This document shows positions 1-14,745 of a stretch of DNA of 64,000 bases, piece by piece. Every line of letters begins with the position of its first letter. Positions within the stretch are counted from its first letter, which is position 1. The stretch is from Tubiluchus corallicola. Its lineage: Eukaryota; Animalia; Priapulida. The stretch is taken from assembly GCA_030141605.1 (NCBI GenBank), contig JAQGDQ010000016.1, positions 808,282 through 872,281 of the forward strand, read 5' to 3'. The position numbers were made by a program, and so were the translations under genes. The notes under the pieces are model-generated. The model did not search any database. It saw only the letters and a program-made list of their open reading frames with translations, and was not told the DNA's origin.

Positions 1-1319
1 ATATAAAGATACTTACGCCAGTCTCTTTATTCTATGGAACGGGCTACAGCGTTTTGACGTGTATTTGAAATTTGAAATCATTTATTTCCAGAACAAATCT
101 ACCAGCTTTCTTGCATTTTATCCTTACATTCGTTACATATAAAGATTTTCTTGAACTTTGTCCTGAAAGTGGCGACTGCGGTGGAATTGCTGTACAGAAA
201 AATCGCGGTTCGGTCATCAAATTGCGATAAAATAGTCTGCAGTATCATCTGTCAGACTGTTAGTTTTGTTAGAAGTTTTCGCTTCAATAGTAGGAAAAGA
301 TAAACCGCCTGGCTTAGATGCAAGTCAATCTTGTAAATTCTTCTGCCGAAACTATACGACCACTATTACGTGCCTAAAATTCTAAACATTCTATTCTTGA
401 ATCTTGTTTTATAGAATCACAGATAAAATGACTAGAAACGTAATTTTGTGTTTAGCTGGTAACTGCAACATTTGGCCGAATTCAATTCACCCGTCGTTGG
501 TTGTTACTGTACATTTATTATAAGGCCTTTTAATAAAATAATATCATCTAAATTAAGTCTACAATCAGAGTTATTAAAGTTTAAAGGAAAAGCCTAAGTT
601 CATTTGTTTTTTCGTTGTTGCACACTTTCAGCCATATTTACTCAGAGCAGTCGGATTTAATTGCACATCAGACAGCATCACACAGAACGTTGGGGCGTGA
701 ACTAGAGAGAAACTTCAAATTTTATACTTAAACTCGCAGTTTTATGTTTTATTGTCAGCGTCACACGGAAGAGTCACACTGAATATTTCAACCTTCACCT
801 TCCATACGTGTACGAAACACTGTGAATTTTCCCCTCTCTGACGTCATCATTTGTTTTCGTTCGTTTGATTAAATCCCCAAGCAATCATTTGTTTACTAGA
901 AATATGTAGGCAACAAAACATATATTTTGATGTATATTAGACCATAGGTCAAAATAAGGTATTGTCTCAAAAAGTCGTCCTATTTTCCTTTAATTTTAAT
1001 TTATGTTTATTTTATTTTAGTTTATTGGTTATAAATTTTATTTTTTTATTTGTTTACACTCCTTTTACATTTCCCTGTAAAATGCAAGGCAGGATGCATA
1101 AAAATCATTTCAAAATATAACTCAACCAGCTGGCCGTGGTGTTTACGCTGATTAAACCTCATTAAAATCTTATGTCTATCTTGTTTTAAAAACAAAGGTT
1201 TGGAATAGTTCTACCAAAGATAATAATAGAAAATACAATTTGCCTTGAAAATAACGATTACCAAAGCAGGACAAAGAAACGAAAACTACACAAGTCAATG
1301 AAAATTACAGTTTTCGGTT

Positions 1320-2530
1320 TGGCGTAAATATTCTTAAGTTAGATGTATTGACTATTTTATTTCCTTCAATTCTTCCAAATATTGCTTATGTTTAGTCAAG
1401 TTGTGATAACGTAAAGTAATGCCAATGCAGTCCTCTACTAGGTGTAAACTGGAAAATATACAACACGATGTACTGCAAGTGGCTCAGTACTTAGCACAGT
1501 GAGTCTTTTAAGATAGGAACAATCACTTTATTGACATCGAGCAAACAACCTACGAGTGAAATATCTCTCACTGTCTTTTAATTGATACCGCGGCCATACA
1601 GGAGTGCATTATCGAAGTAAGGGATTAACATATGCTTTGTAGGTTTTTAACAATGTATCTTTGTTATTAGTATAAAAACATCTAAAACATGTATAACTCT
1701 GTAGGCTTTAGTTCTTGTTGTTTACAGTATTTTTAAAATTGCAAATGAGAGTTCACCATAATATGTAGCTAGATGCATTTGTCATAGAGGTTCCATTTAA
1801 AACGCACTGCAACTGAGGGTTGCCACAACCAAGATGCTACAGAGTGCATTTATTTGCAGAAATAAGTAACTGACGTGCATTTGACCACAAAGATAACGTT
1901 TCCATAGCATAACAAAGAACGGGATAAGTATTGCAACTGGTATGCAGTTTTAAATCCTCGACAAATAATTTACAGCGAACTGTCCTCACTACATCAGGTA
2001 AATCATTAATGTAAAGTACAAATAATAGTGGACCAATCGCTAATATAGGACTTCCGCAAAGGTGCCCGATATAACTTATCTCTGGTCAGGGAACCGAGAA
2101 CCCACAAGCTCCTGCTAGGTAGTTTCTACTAGACAAACTTTAATCCATTTGATTAAGCTTTCGAAATGGCGCATGCCCGGAGCTTCGTTAACAACTTACG
2201 ATGTACAACAGAATCAAAGGCACGAGCATCATCATTGGAAAGTACAACAAATTTTAACCCTTTGTCAAGGCAGTTACACCAGTCATTAACGCACTGTAAA
2301 ACTTATGTACAAGTGGAACGGTTTTTCATAGACCACAGTTATGACTTTCGTAAGCAAAGTTTTAGAAAGCAAATTGTCAAGTCATTCAGCATTGAGACAT
2401 ATTTCAATAATTACACGAGTGAATGAGATTGGGCGATAATTGCGTAAGGCCTGAAGGGTCACTCTTTTTGAAAATGTCAGCAAAGAACCTGATTTTAGAT
2501 AGGGTACCAGTTGCATACGACACCTCAAAA
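1320..2530 (-). mobile_element. Decayed CR1-group LINE reverse transcriptase fragment
   Basis: Broken-frame motifs IFKKSDP, NYRPISF, AFDSVVHRKLLTKL, GPLLFVLYINDLPD, KLFVEDLKL (FADD-like) and TYKAYVNPLL..CTPVW. Confidence 0.85.
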
Positions 2531-3239
2531 TATAAATCACACTGCAAGTTGCATACTGCAAAGCTGCACATCGCATCGCATACTACAAAGCTAATAAAAT
2601 ACAATATTTTGCATTTAACACACTTAGAACTTTTGTGCATTATTTATCATTCGTTGTTGCATGTCATATTATTAAAAATCTTGAAAAATAGTTTAACTGG
2701 GCACTACAAGTAAACTGTAATATACTCTGCACGTTTTGCACAAGAGAAAATACCCATCCTTAATTTTAGGCTATTTTATTTCCAGTTCCGAAAGCACATA
2801 TAACCCGTTGTTATTTGGGTCAATAATTGATAGACGTTTACCCAAGCAGCAAAACACCAAAGAGTCACGCAAAGTCTTTGAGTAACACTGAGTAATATAT
2901 TTTTGAAGCAACTGCATCGTTAACACTTATAGTTTAGTTGCACATGCATTTCTCTTAATTCTCGATTTTTACTTTTCATTTGAATTCATCTTATATGCGT
3001 TATGTTTCGTCACATAACTTCATCTTGTATGGACTTGGGTTTATAGACTTCTACAGGAACGACCAACTCCCTAAAGTACAGTAGCTAGAAGTAAACTATA
3101 CGGAATGGTTACAGTGGCAGTTGTACAGTCTCAGTTGTGCGTGTCGTAATTTTGTAGCATTGACTGATACTTGACTTTAATTATTATTTAATGATGGTAA
3201 AAAACCACTGTTAATTTATTTATGAAGCCAAACTTGGAA

Positions 3240-3340
3240 AACAGGAAATGTGAAAAACTTAAATCCCTGTCTGGATTTGAGCCACGGTACTTCTGCTTAC
3301 AATGCAGTACTGTAACAGCTAGACTACCGTGGACAGCCAG
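3240..3340 (-). mobile_element. tRNA-derived SINE-like remnant
   Basis: Minus strand GGTAGTCTAGCTGTTA...GCAGAAG...GGCTCAAATCC...TTTTTCAC; degenerate A and B boxes. Confidence 0.45.
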
Positions 3341-6300
3341 TTTCACTACTTCCAACGTTAGATCGCTCACGCTAATACGAGTGTAGTGTTGGCAGCCACG
3401 TAGATTCTGAACATCAACGTATATAGCTGTTTTCAGCGACACAGTTTTACCAATGGGTGGTTTCAAATCTGTGTATCTTGCACTTGGGAAAATTAAACCT
3501 GCTAGCGTCGGTGTACAAGTAACAAGAAAATTAAGACAAGAAATAAACCTGTACGTAATATAAATAAGAGAAAAATAAAAATAGACTAAAAATGAAATTT
3601 AAAATTGAAGAAACTACTCAAACGTTTTGGTACTTCTTTTGCATTAAACAGTCACGTTTTCTTGGAATCATCATTCAGATGTCAGTGTAAAACGTAATAC
3701 TGTAAAACATAAAATATCCACTTGTACTTTTTAAGATTTAGCGTTTTACATTTAATTATTGTTGAAATGGCGCAGAAAAAACCGTTTCATTGGTATCTAC
3801 AACTGCATTTAAACGTTGGTATAGAAGCGTTTAAATTCGGAAACAAGCTTCTCGTACAAAACAATGCATAGCTCTCCTGATTCTGCAGTTATAAATTGAA
3901 TTCCAGAGCTGCTCGTAAGGTTGCTTTAATGGCCTCTGTTGTGGAATTTTCAATCAAGCTGCATAATTTCCCGATTTTGGGTCTTTTGCGGTTTCTGTAC
4001 GCGCTTCTGGCTAGTGATTTAGAGAAGATTTTATCGGAGATTTATGTTATTTGCAAATTATTTGCTGTGATGCGTCATGATTAAATCAAGTAACTACATT
4101 ACAGGTCTTAATCAATCATATAGAAGGCAAAAATCTTGACGTTGGCTTGATTAATCCCGAGTTTGATATATAGGCTAGCAGAATTCGCACTTAAGCTAGC
4201 ATGCCGAATACCGGATTATGGTGAACTATAATTACAGGTTTAGCTTCTGGTTGTGAAAAGTGTTGCGACCAGGCCAGGAAAGAAGGTAAGTTAGGTACTG
4301 GTACTGGTACTGGTACTGGTGGTACTGGTTAGCATGAGACCTACAATTTTGAGGGTCTGTACGTCTTGAATCAAATTGCTCACAACTACCATTTAGTAAA
4401 TCACTCTATTTTTTATTTTGTTTTGTTACTTCCAAGCACATCATATACAATACATACATAACCATTTAGCATTGATTCCTAATGAGCTATTTGAAATATG
4501 GCTTCCACTTTTCATCCAGCCCAGCACAGCGCCTGGTCCCGACCTTCTAATGAGCTTTATTATTCTGTAATAAATTTAGAAAGAACTACGCAGTATACTT
4601 CCGATAGAGTAGATAGTTTTCACTTGCAGACCTGTACAACTCTGCCTACTGCTATAGGAACGAACTCTTTTAGCGGTATGCTAAACTAATGTGTAGTTAA
4701 TCCAAATTGAGTGTCAAGCCGAATTATTAGAAAAAGTAGGTTTGCAATACCCCAACGCTCAATTTTTGAGCTGTCCATTTCTTCCAGGATTCTTGCGTCT
4801 TTCCTACAGGATTTTTACAGCGTTTGATTTGCTTCATTGTCCTTACTGCGAAGTTCGTGAATACCCTTTTCTCTCAAAGCAAATATCAATAATTAGTTCC
4901 AGGAACGCAGCGCTTGGCCTCTAAATCAAATCGGAAATGAAACTTCTAAGTGTAGTTTTTCGTGCAACATTTTCCTTTGCTGTTTTTTTTTGCCGCCTAA
5001 TGATAATCCCTCCCCAGGTCTTCCATTTTTATGTAATTTAATTTAAGATTTGGGGAACTTACATATGACCACATCGCCTACTTTAAACGCGTTTACGTGT
5101 ATGTAATTTGTCCATTTTAATGTTAATGCATTTTAAATATCTAATAAATCATTTTATTGTTGTTGTCGTCATAATCGTCATCCTTGTCGTCATCATCATC
5201 GTCGTCATCATCAGTAGCAGCATCAGCATCATTATTATTAGTGGAGAATACAATAATACCATAAATAGCTGTAACATTGTTATAAGAATTCGCCCCCTGG
5301 ATTCTTGTAACCTAGTAAAATGCTCACCACACTAAAAATATTAATCTTTCTACTGTTAAGCTAATCTGTTTCTAAAGAAGAGCAAGAACGTTTTCGTGGG
5401 TATAATTACGATCTTTAACTATAGGGGGTTAGTGACAACCAAATTGCCACGACGAACAACCAGCGAAGCAGGCACAAGAATTCATTCGGTTAAAACTGAA
5501 AACGTTGTCCTGAGTGGACAACTGATTGTACTGGCTGGCTTTGAAAATAACTGATTATTCAGGCCTGACTGCTTCTTATACATGACATTAAAAACGTCGT
5601 TTATCTTTGTATACTGTCACTTTAGTTTAATTAGTTGACGTTTTAATCTGGGTTTGTTTCACTTTCACATGTTCGATGTGATACTGTGTTCACGTTGACA
5701 GAAGCTGCGAAACACGTCCACGGTTTTTCAAAGAGGTATATTTTAGAGACGGTTTTTTTACCTTAACGTGGAGGCTAGCAGAACTAATGTCATGTAACAG
5801 TATAGTAATTAGTGGTAACTAGTCTAAACACTGCTAAAGACTAGACTTTACAACTGACGCAGTAGCGTCATACAACTGCCGAAATGATGGAAATCAGCAA
5901 GTTTTGTTTACACTTTTAAATCGTCTATGCACTAATGTTATGAGGCAATAACATTACCACCTGGTATCCAAACTGTATTTAAAAATTGAAACCTAGTCGT
6001 TAATTCAGGTATTTTCAGATTCAGAGGTTTGCTGGACATAGATAAGCTCTATGGCCAAGCTACAGTTTAATTTTGTTTCAGAAAGTTATCTCGGTGCTTT
6101 AAAACCATCTCAGACATTATCATAAATTATAATGTTTTTTGCCTTTATTGTGATCGACAGCTTTTTTTCAGTAATGCAATAAATTTACGAGTTATATAAC
6201 ATGAGGGATTTTATATAACTCGCAAACTTATTGCATTATTCAACAAAAACTGTGGTTTAAAACATCACACATTACCAGGGGTGTAGTTCCATTTTTTGCA

Positions 6301-6924
6301 ACTTCTTCAATGTCATTATTGGTTTTAGCTAAGTTTATCCTTATTGCATTGGCCATCATAAAGGACATAATTATGGCTTAATAAGGTTTAATTAAAGTTT
6401 CTTCAGAAACTTGTTGAGGTACTAAGTGAAAATATTGAGACTAACTTCGTCAAAATATTTAAGTACAGTAAGGCTGAAATATCGAGATAATTATGTCAAA
6501 TGAAATCACAGCATACGTCACGGGTAGATACGTCACAAAATTGCATTGATTATGTCAGTCGTTAATGTCATTAACCTGCATAAATTGCTGATTATCGCCA
6601 ATGTTTACCGAAATAGCTGGATTATTCAAATAATTAGTTTTAATGTTTCTTTACGGTTCGGATGTTTAACTTAGTAAATGTAGCAATACCTCTTGTTTTG
6701 GAAATACTGATTGCTGAAAAATTGAGTCACTTTTCATTAGCTACGGCCGCGAGAGATGAAAGTGGCATTTCGAGTTGTTTTCTCTTCAGCTGAAATTCAT
6801 CCCAAGTGCAATCCGTTTTTAGTTTCAAATAAACTCACTCTGGGAGGCGAGATGTGACGTCAGGGCAAAGTAACTATTGAAAATTGTGATGTGCTTATTT
6901 TCGTGGTTTTCGCAGTGCACCTAC

Positions 6925-7005
6925 CGTTGTTTTGTTGTCGTAGTCGTTGTCGACAGCAGCAGCAGCAACAACAACAACAAGAGCGCCCGCATCACCACCA
7001 CCAAT

Positions 7006-7043
<38 letters not shown>

Positions 7044-7094
7044 CAACAACAACAACAACAACAGCAGCAGCAGCAGCAACAACAACAACAACAA
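6925..7094. repeat. Compound (CAG)/(CAA) microsatellite
   Basis: Direct reading. Confidence 0.95.
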
Positions 7095-7540
7095 CCTTAC
7101 ATAGAATGAGATTCATTTACTTTACGCCAAAAGCCATCTTCGAAAGATGGCGAATAGATTTAATTAGATTATTGATTGTACTAGAGAAAAATGTCTGTGT
7201 AATTTCATTACGAGGTGATTGGTCAAAACCTTTATGTGCGATCACTTGATCTTATTGCTATTGTCCCCCCTTAGCGTGGTAATTTTGGATTCGATTACCC
7301 AGAAAAAGATTGTCTGCAAAAGCTCTTTTCTATAGTTAGTTTCATCTTGTCATCAAGGTCAAAAAACATGAACCTTAATACGTCTTGAAGGCAGAAATTT
7401 CAGACTGAAAAATAAAATTAATCGAGATAGTATTGATCTTCTAACCTACAGTTGTCACATCAAGCATACAAGTGTAAAGGTGGTACTGAACGCCACTCAG
7501 CTTCTTCGTTCATTTAGTATTTCAAAAATCATTTCTTGGT

Positions 7541-7740
7541 TCATTCATTCATTCATTCATTCATTCATTCATTCATTCATTCATTCATTCATTCATTGTT
7601 TGTTTCCTCGCTCGCTTGTTTGTTCTTTCGTTCGTTCGTGGTTAGTTCATTCCTTCGTTTGTTTATGAGTTCGATTATCCGTTCTTTCAGTTATTCGTTT
7701 ATTCATTCGTTTGTTTTTTTTGTCGTTTGTTTGTTGGTGT
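7541..7740. repeat. (TTCA)n grading into TTCG/TTTG repeats
   Basis: Direct reading; similar tracts at 23416-23670, 23950-24165 and 48410-48525. Confidence 0.9.
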
Positions 7741-9199
7741 TGGGAGCTAGTACATTTTTATGATGGGGGTGCAACTCTTTAACTGCCACTCATTCACAAA
7801 TCAGACTAACTTGTTGTGTCATCTTTTATTTATAGTAAAAAGGGTTATGTGAGCGGTTGTTGTCCTACAATTTTCCAGAGGGCAACAAGTTATGTGAACC
7901 AGAAATCAACGACACAGGAGTAACTAAACTTCTTTTTGGAATGAAGTTGCAATGTCGAAAAGCTCACTTGAAAAAACATTGGGTCTAAGGCTTGACGTTA
8001 TATTTTACGGGGGTCTGCTTAGGCGTTATGGTTTTTCATATTAACCGAAAGAAGCATCGATTTTTGAGCATTTCAAGTATTCGGTATCAAGCAAAATTCA
8101 GTATGAAATGGAAAAAATGATTACTTTTACAATTTGTATTGATCTTTTAGCTCGTTTAGAAAATCAAACATTACATCAAAACAAACTATAAGTAATATAG
8201 CAATAATAATAATAATAACAAAGTAAAAGAAAAGTAGTCTGCAACCCTTCTCCTAGGAGGATAAGAAAATGAAAGAGGAACCCGGACGTAGCTCACAGCT
8301 CACACAACCGTCAGTAAAACAGCTTCAGTCCATGGACGTAATCATCAACAGCGATGACGACAGCTACAGCATTAAACAAACGTGGACCGGGAAATGGCTT
8401 TTTAGGTCGTCTTGGTTCACTTTTGGCTCAAGATACACCTCCAACGTCTGGTTAGTTGTTGTCACCTCTCCATTCAGCTTGGCTTAAGATTACGCCGCAC
8501 ATAGTACAGTTCCCACATATCACAGTTCCCGATAGTCCCTTTATGTCAGATTAGCAAATAGATGTGAACCAAATTTAGAGCGACTTTACAGTGTTAACCA
8601 TATTTTAGAGTAAAGTAAAGTCAAAGTGAAAGCAAAAGCATCTTAGGCTGCTTTCAGGTTTAGCAGTTCCAATGTACTGTCCTGGATATCTGGGTCATGC
8701 ATTTTCCAAGATCATGTTATGTATAAACAGGTTAAAGAATATTTTGATTGGAGAGCCCTTCTCACAGACTGTTATGAGTAGGAAGCCCTTCTCACAGACT
8801 ATACTTCTCACAGCAATATCTAGTTTAGCTATGTGTAAGAACCTTACTGTTGGTTTGATTTTTGTTATTCGTTCGTTTGTTCGTTCACTCAGTCATTGAT
8901 TGCAATTGCATGCAATTTAGATACAAATAACTTGTATTGAATCTTGATAAAGTGTGAACTGGCAATTATTCGTTGACAGATGAACCTCTCATAGTATATG
9001 CAGTGGATTTTTAAGTTTGCAAGAACGAAGTTTTTTTGCAATGTAACACAGCTGTATGAAAAGTAGAAGATATGCGTTCGACACCCGACAGTGACCAAGA
9101 TTTTTCAGACTCTAATTGAATTTCGTTTGTGTGTGATCAGGATCTTTAAATGGCGCACTTTAGAATCCGTGCAACGAAAGGCATCAGGGTTTATGTATC

Positions 9200-9970
<771 letters not shown>

Positions 9971-12900
9971 TTTAGTTGGCATATAGACAGCGAAATATAG
10001 CGTGTTTGTAATACTGCTTCCTCAGCTGTTGCTAATAATAAATGCACTTTTAGAGGAACACATCTGGCTTAATTAACCGTTTTGAGCTTACGAGCTTCAA
10101 CGTGGAAAACTACTTCACCTCATCTAGATTATAGTTATAAGACAAATATGAGACAATACAAACAATTTACAGGATAGGAACTTTCGCGAAGATTTATGCT
10201 ATTAATGCATTGAAAGTAGAAAAAATGTTAGAGTATTTTTAAAACGCGTAAGATCGGCAGTTCGGCATAGAGTCGCAATTCCACAGTTGTTATCCTTTCT
10301 TCGGATAGATATTGCACTTTTCTTGATTAGGCACTATGTTCATAGAGCATAATAAACGAGATAAATCAACTAGTTTGTGATGCCGTTAAATTATTGAATT
10401 ACGTTGTTATACACGAAATAACAGGGACAAAACGCCTAAAGCTGAGTTAGCAAATTACATGTAACTGGTAATGAGACACACGCCGAAATCAGATTCAGTT
10501 TGTGTGCATGCATTCAATTTACACGGCAAAATAGCGAATCATTTAGCAAATTGCATTGCCAGGCCGATGCTTATGGAGTATGCATGAATTTTAACTTGTC
10601 CTTTGAAAACTAGAATGTGATAACTAGAAGCTACCTTAGCCCTTTGAAGAATAGAAAGTGACAACCAGACGTTACCTAAGCTCTAAGTCACCTAAAATGA
10701 CGGCATTTTTTTACGATTTTAAGTCAACGTAAATTTCTTTGAAATTTATAAAAAAAGTATTAGAGTTAGCATAGTGTTTTTTGTCCGTGTAAGAATTTGT
10801 TTTCGAATTCGGTGTAAAACTAATGAAAGAGCTGCAACAAAAAAGTCTTAACCAGTAAATCAATAATTTGGCTGTCGGTCTTTAAATAGCTTGCTGTGAC
10901 GATAAGTGAATAGATATTCGTGATCTACCAATGAAAACAAGATCTACAGTACAGCATCTTTGTTTACGAAATAAAATTTTATCTGCATAATGCGATTTTT
11001 ATTTCCTCTTGACTGCTTATTATTCTTAATTATTCAAGTGATTATTAGGGTTGTTAATATTTCATGAAGTGAATTAATGCTATCTGCAGTTTTAACTGAT
11101 TTCGAAATCGATTATAATTTCCCCATGTATTGTACACTGTTTCAAAATTGTACAGAACGAATTTGAACTAAAAACCAGTAAACAGACGACGGTGAACGTC
11201 TTGTACAATGAGTTTAGTCGCCACGTAAGAAAAAAGTAACTTTAAGCGCTTTAAAGCACGTTTAATAAATCTTTGGCGACTTTTCGCGAAAAGCACTAAT
11301 GATCACCATTTGCCGCAAAGATTTAAATTTTCGAAGCAAAAATGCATCTTTTGTAAACAGTAACTTTCTTATACTAACTTACTGCACAAGTGTGATAAGT
11401 ATAACAGCCGAGTGGTTTAGATTACTTTCTTTCGTTCCATGTTGACCTTGGTGCCAACACAAAAATGCTAAAAATACGAGACATCATATGAGTCATTTTG
11501 GGGAACCTCACTAGCTCAGCTTCAAATTCTAACAGGTGACAAATCATTGGGATCATACACGTCACAATTCCACCGTAATTACAATGTTTACAAAATATAA
11601 GGATGTCCAGTAACTTTCGATGGCTTTGTTAAAAAAATAAATGTGAGCATGACTTCTGTGAAAACATATCCAAAGTGGTTTTGGGTTTTTCTATAAGCCA
11701 AACGTCCTAAAAGCAAAACTATATCTTGTTTTAAGTTAAACGATGGTCAAACTATGAATTGACTTGGCTTTAGTATTTCATCTTTAATCAATGCTGCTTT
11801 GTTCAATTGGGGTCTTTAGATTGTAACCGCACCTTAGATTGCGCCACTGTCTTATCTCTATCTACAAGAATGCTCGCCCCATTCTTTCTAATGAAAACAC
11901 TACCACTATTTCCATTACACGTTAAAATCTCTGAAGTATTAACTAACACTTGCAATTCTTACTTAAGCTATATAAACAGTAAATGAAAATCTTTATTAAA
12001 TGAAAGTCAGTATTTGGCTATTGTCATTATCGTTAAGGAGTGTATTATTCACAAAGCATAAACTTTGTCAATATTACTCTCATCTGTTATTACACTAGAG
12101 ATAGTATAGTGATAACTATATCAGCGAAAAATGATTGCACGGAGGGCTTTGAAATGGTTCAATCGTGTCTTAAAGTGCTTTCTTCTCAAGATTAAAAGGA
12201 ATCTTCACTTTATTACGCATGTTTATGAGTATTGGTCATTTTCACTTTACGTGCGAAACAGCTCGAAGTTAGTTATGGCAAGCGTGGCTAAAACTGTCAT
12301 AACTACCTTGGGGCTTTAAGGTCTGCTAAGTTGTTAATAATAATAGAGATTATTGATGCATAGCATCACTGTTTACACTATTATTAGTAAAGAATGCTTC
12401 CTGTTCAGATTTTTGGTCACCTCTGGTTGACGATACGCCTTATATGTGAACACCAGTGAACTTCTTATTTTGTTTTATGTGACTCCAGGGACAGGCATTT
12501 GTAGACAAGAAGTTTTCTAACATCACACCATTTGAGGCTAAAAACTTATTACGATTAGATTAGAGCGCATTTAAACGTTGCTGGTAAAGAAAGTAATCAA
12601 GATTGCACGTTCGTAAGATTTTTCTGGTCGCCTTTACTCACCTAATCGTTTTATAGAAACGTATGATAATAAAATCTGTACAACCAGAAATATCTGGCGG
12701 TCACAGGCATAATCTAGTTAATTAATAATATCGTTAGTCGCCAGCTAATTTGAGAAAAGTGTTGATAGTTGTTACACTTGTAATAAGCAATCTGAGCGGC
12801 GCCTACGTACCTAGCCCCAGAAATTTGTTGGCATCTGTATATTTTGTGGGTTTTTTCTTAATATGCTATCGTGTAAGACTTTAAATGTTTAACAATCAAG

Positions 12901-13836
12901 CTGATATCAATGCAAAAATTTCTCCGAAATGCATGTTACCTGCCGATGTGAATAAATGCTTAATGATTGCAGATTCGTGAATGATGATTCTTATACACAG
13001 TCGTCGTAAATATATATAAGCATTTACAACAATCGTTATCGCTACTATTTAATGTCGCTGTTGATATCATGACACATGGTCATGATTTTAATCTCATCTT
13101 TGAAGTTTATTTTTATCGCAAATAGCAAATAAGCAGATAGTTTACAGGATTCCTATTAATAGGCATTTTTACTCTACTGCCGTTTACGTCGTTAAGCAAG
13201 ATTTGAAATTACTTTCACTTATCCATTTCTCGTTTTCATCTGTCTCTTCCTCTTTCTCGATTACTTCAGCTATAAATTTCACAATCTTGGCAGAATTTCG
13301 CAGAAATATGAGCTTAAGACAAGCAGCGTGTAATTCAGCAAATGCTATGTACAGGTATACCTGTTTCTTAATTCTCGTATGTCAGCGTATCTTCCGTGAA
13401 GAAGCATGAGGTTGCAAAACACTGTGCATCAGCTGGCTTCTTTGGCTTCATCTGCGCAATGGTGCTTTAGATTACTATAACCTCCTCGCGCCATCTGACG
13501 GTAGACTGTAAAGTTGTGATGATTTTTAAAATATGTTTTTGTTATTATGTTATTCTGGGGTTGAGAATGAGCTTGAGGTTATACTGACTGATTGACTAAC
13601 TGACTGATTTACATACTTACTTTATGTAGCTCAGTTGTTCGCAGATATTGAATGAATCCAACAACAAACGGGCATGCAAAGTTAAGTATACTGATGATCA
13701 GTCTTTGGTGAACTCTGCAGACTACAAATGCGAATGTATACGAGTGTATTAAGAAAATTCTTTTCCCGTGTAAATAGAGGAGCTAAATTATTATTGTACA
13801 TAATATTATAAAATAAATATTTATTGTTGTTGTTGA

Positions 13837-14010
<174 letters not shown>

Positions 14011-14556
14011 TTCTCTCACCCTGTGTTTCCAAAAACAGAAACGTTACAACAAAGAAATGAGTCAGAACAGCCGTACTTTTATTTATCACAATTTGCACAT
14101 GTTCTTTGTGTTACTCCAGCTTCTGGAATGAATACCCGATGGTTTACCACTTCTGGTCTAACATGCGGCGCTACTGGTTATGACAAAAGCCTCCGGCACA
14201 GAACATATAACTTGTCTGTAATCTGTAAAATTATAATTGTATCTCATTAAATTTGCTAACTGTGCAAGACGTAAGTGATGAAAAACGATGAAATAATTGC
14301 ACCCATGAGGCGCAAACCCTGAAAAGCCTTAATCGTGTACAGCTGAAACTTACAACATGAGTATAAAGGAGCAAATTAGTAGGTGAATATGGTCACCTGC
14401 GCTCACCATTCAAAGAACACTTGATGATTAAATAGGTTTATCGAGTGCAGGAATAAATAGAAATGACAAATGAATATAGATCAATGAAAACTTCTCAGTG
14501 ATAACAGAAACCTGAATGGAACAGATCTCCTTACGACAACTAAAGCTTTGAGACAT

Positions 14557-14595
14557 TGTGTGTGTGTGTGTGTGTGTGCGTGTGTGTGTGTGTGC

Positions 14596-14656
<61 letters not shown>

Positions 14657-14745
14657 TGCGTGCGTGCGTACGTGCGTGCGTGTGTGTGTGTGTGTGTGTG
14701 TGTGAGCGTGTGTGCGTGCGTGCGTGCGTGCGTGCGTGTGTGTGT
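14557..14745. repeat. (TG)n/(TGCG)n microsatellite
   Basis: Direct reading. Confidence 0.97.

Noticed and set aside
4238-4291. Upstream coding exon ending at AAG|GTAAGT
   Set aside because: In the phase needed to join 20811 there is a TGA at 4254; at most a 5' UTR exon, which is unsupported.
6877-7249. PolyQ/polyN/polyA ORFs
   Set aside because: Triplet microsatellite open in several frames, with no splice or homology support.
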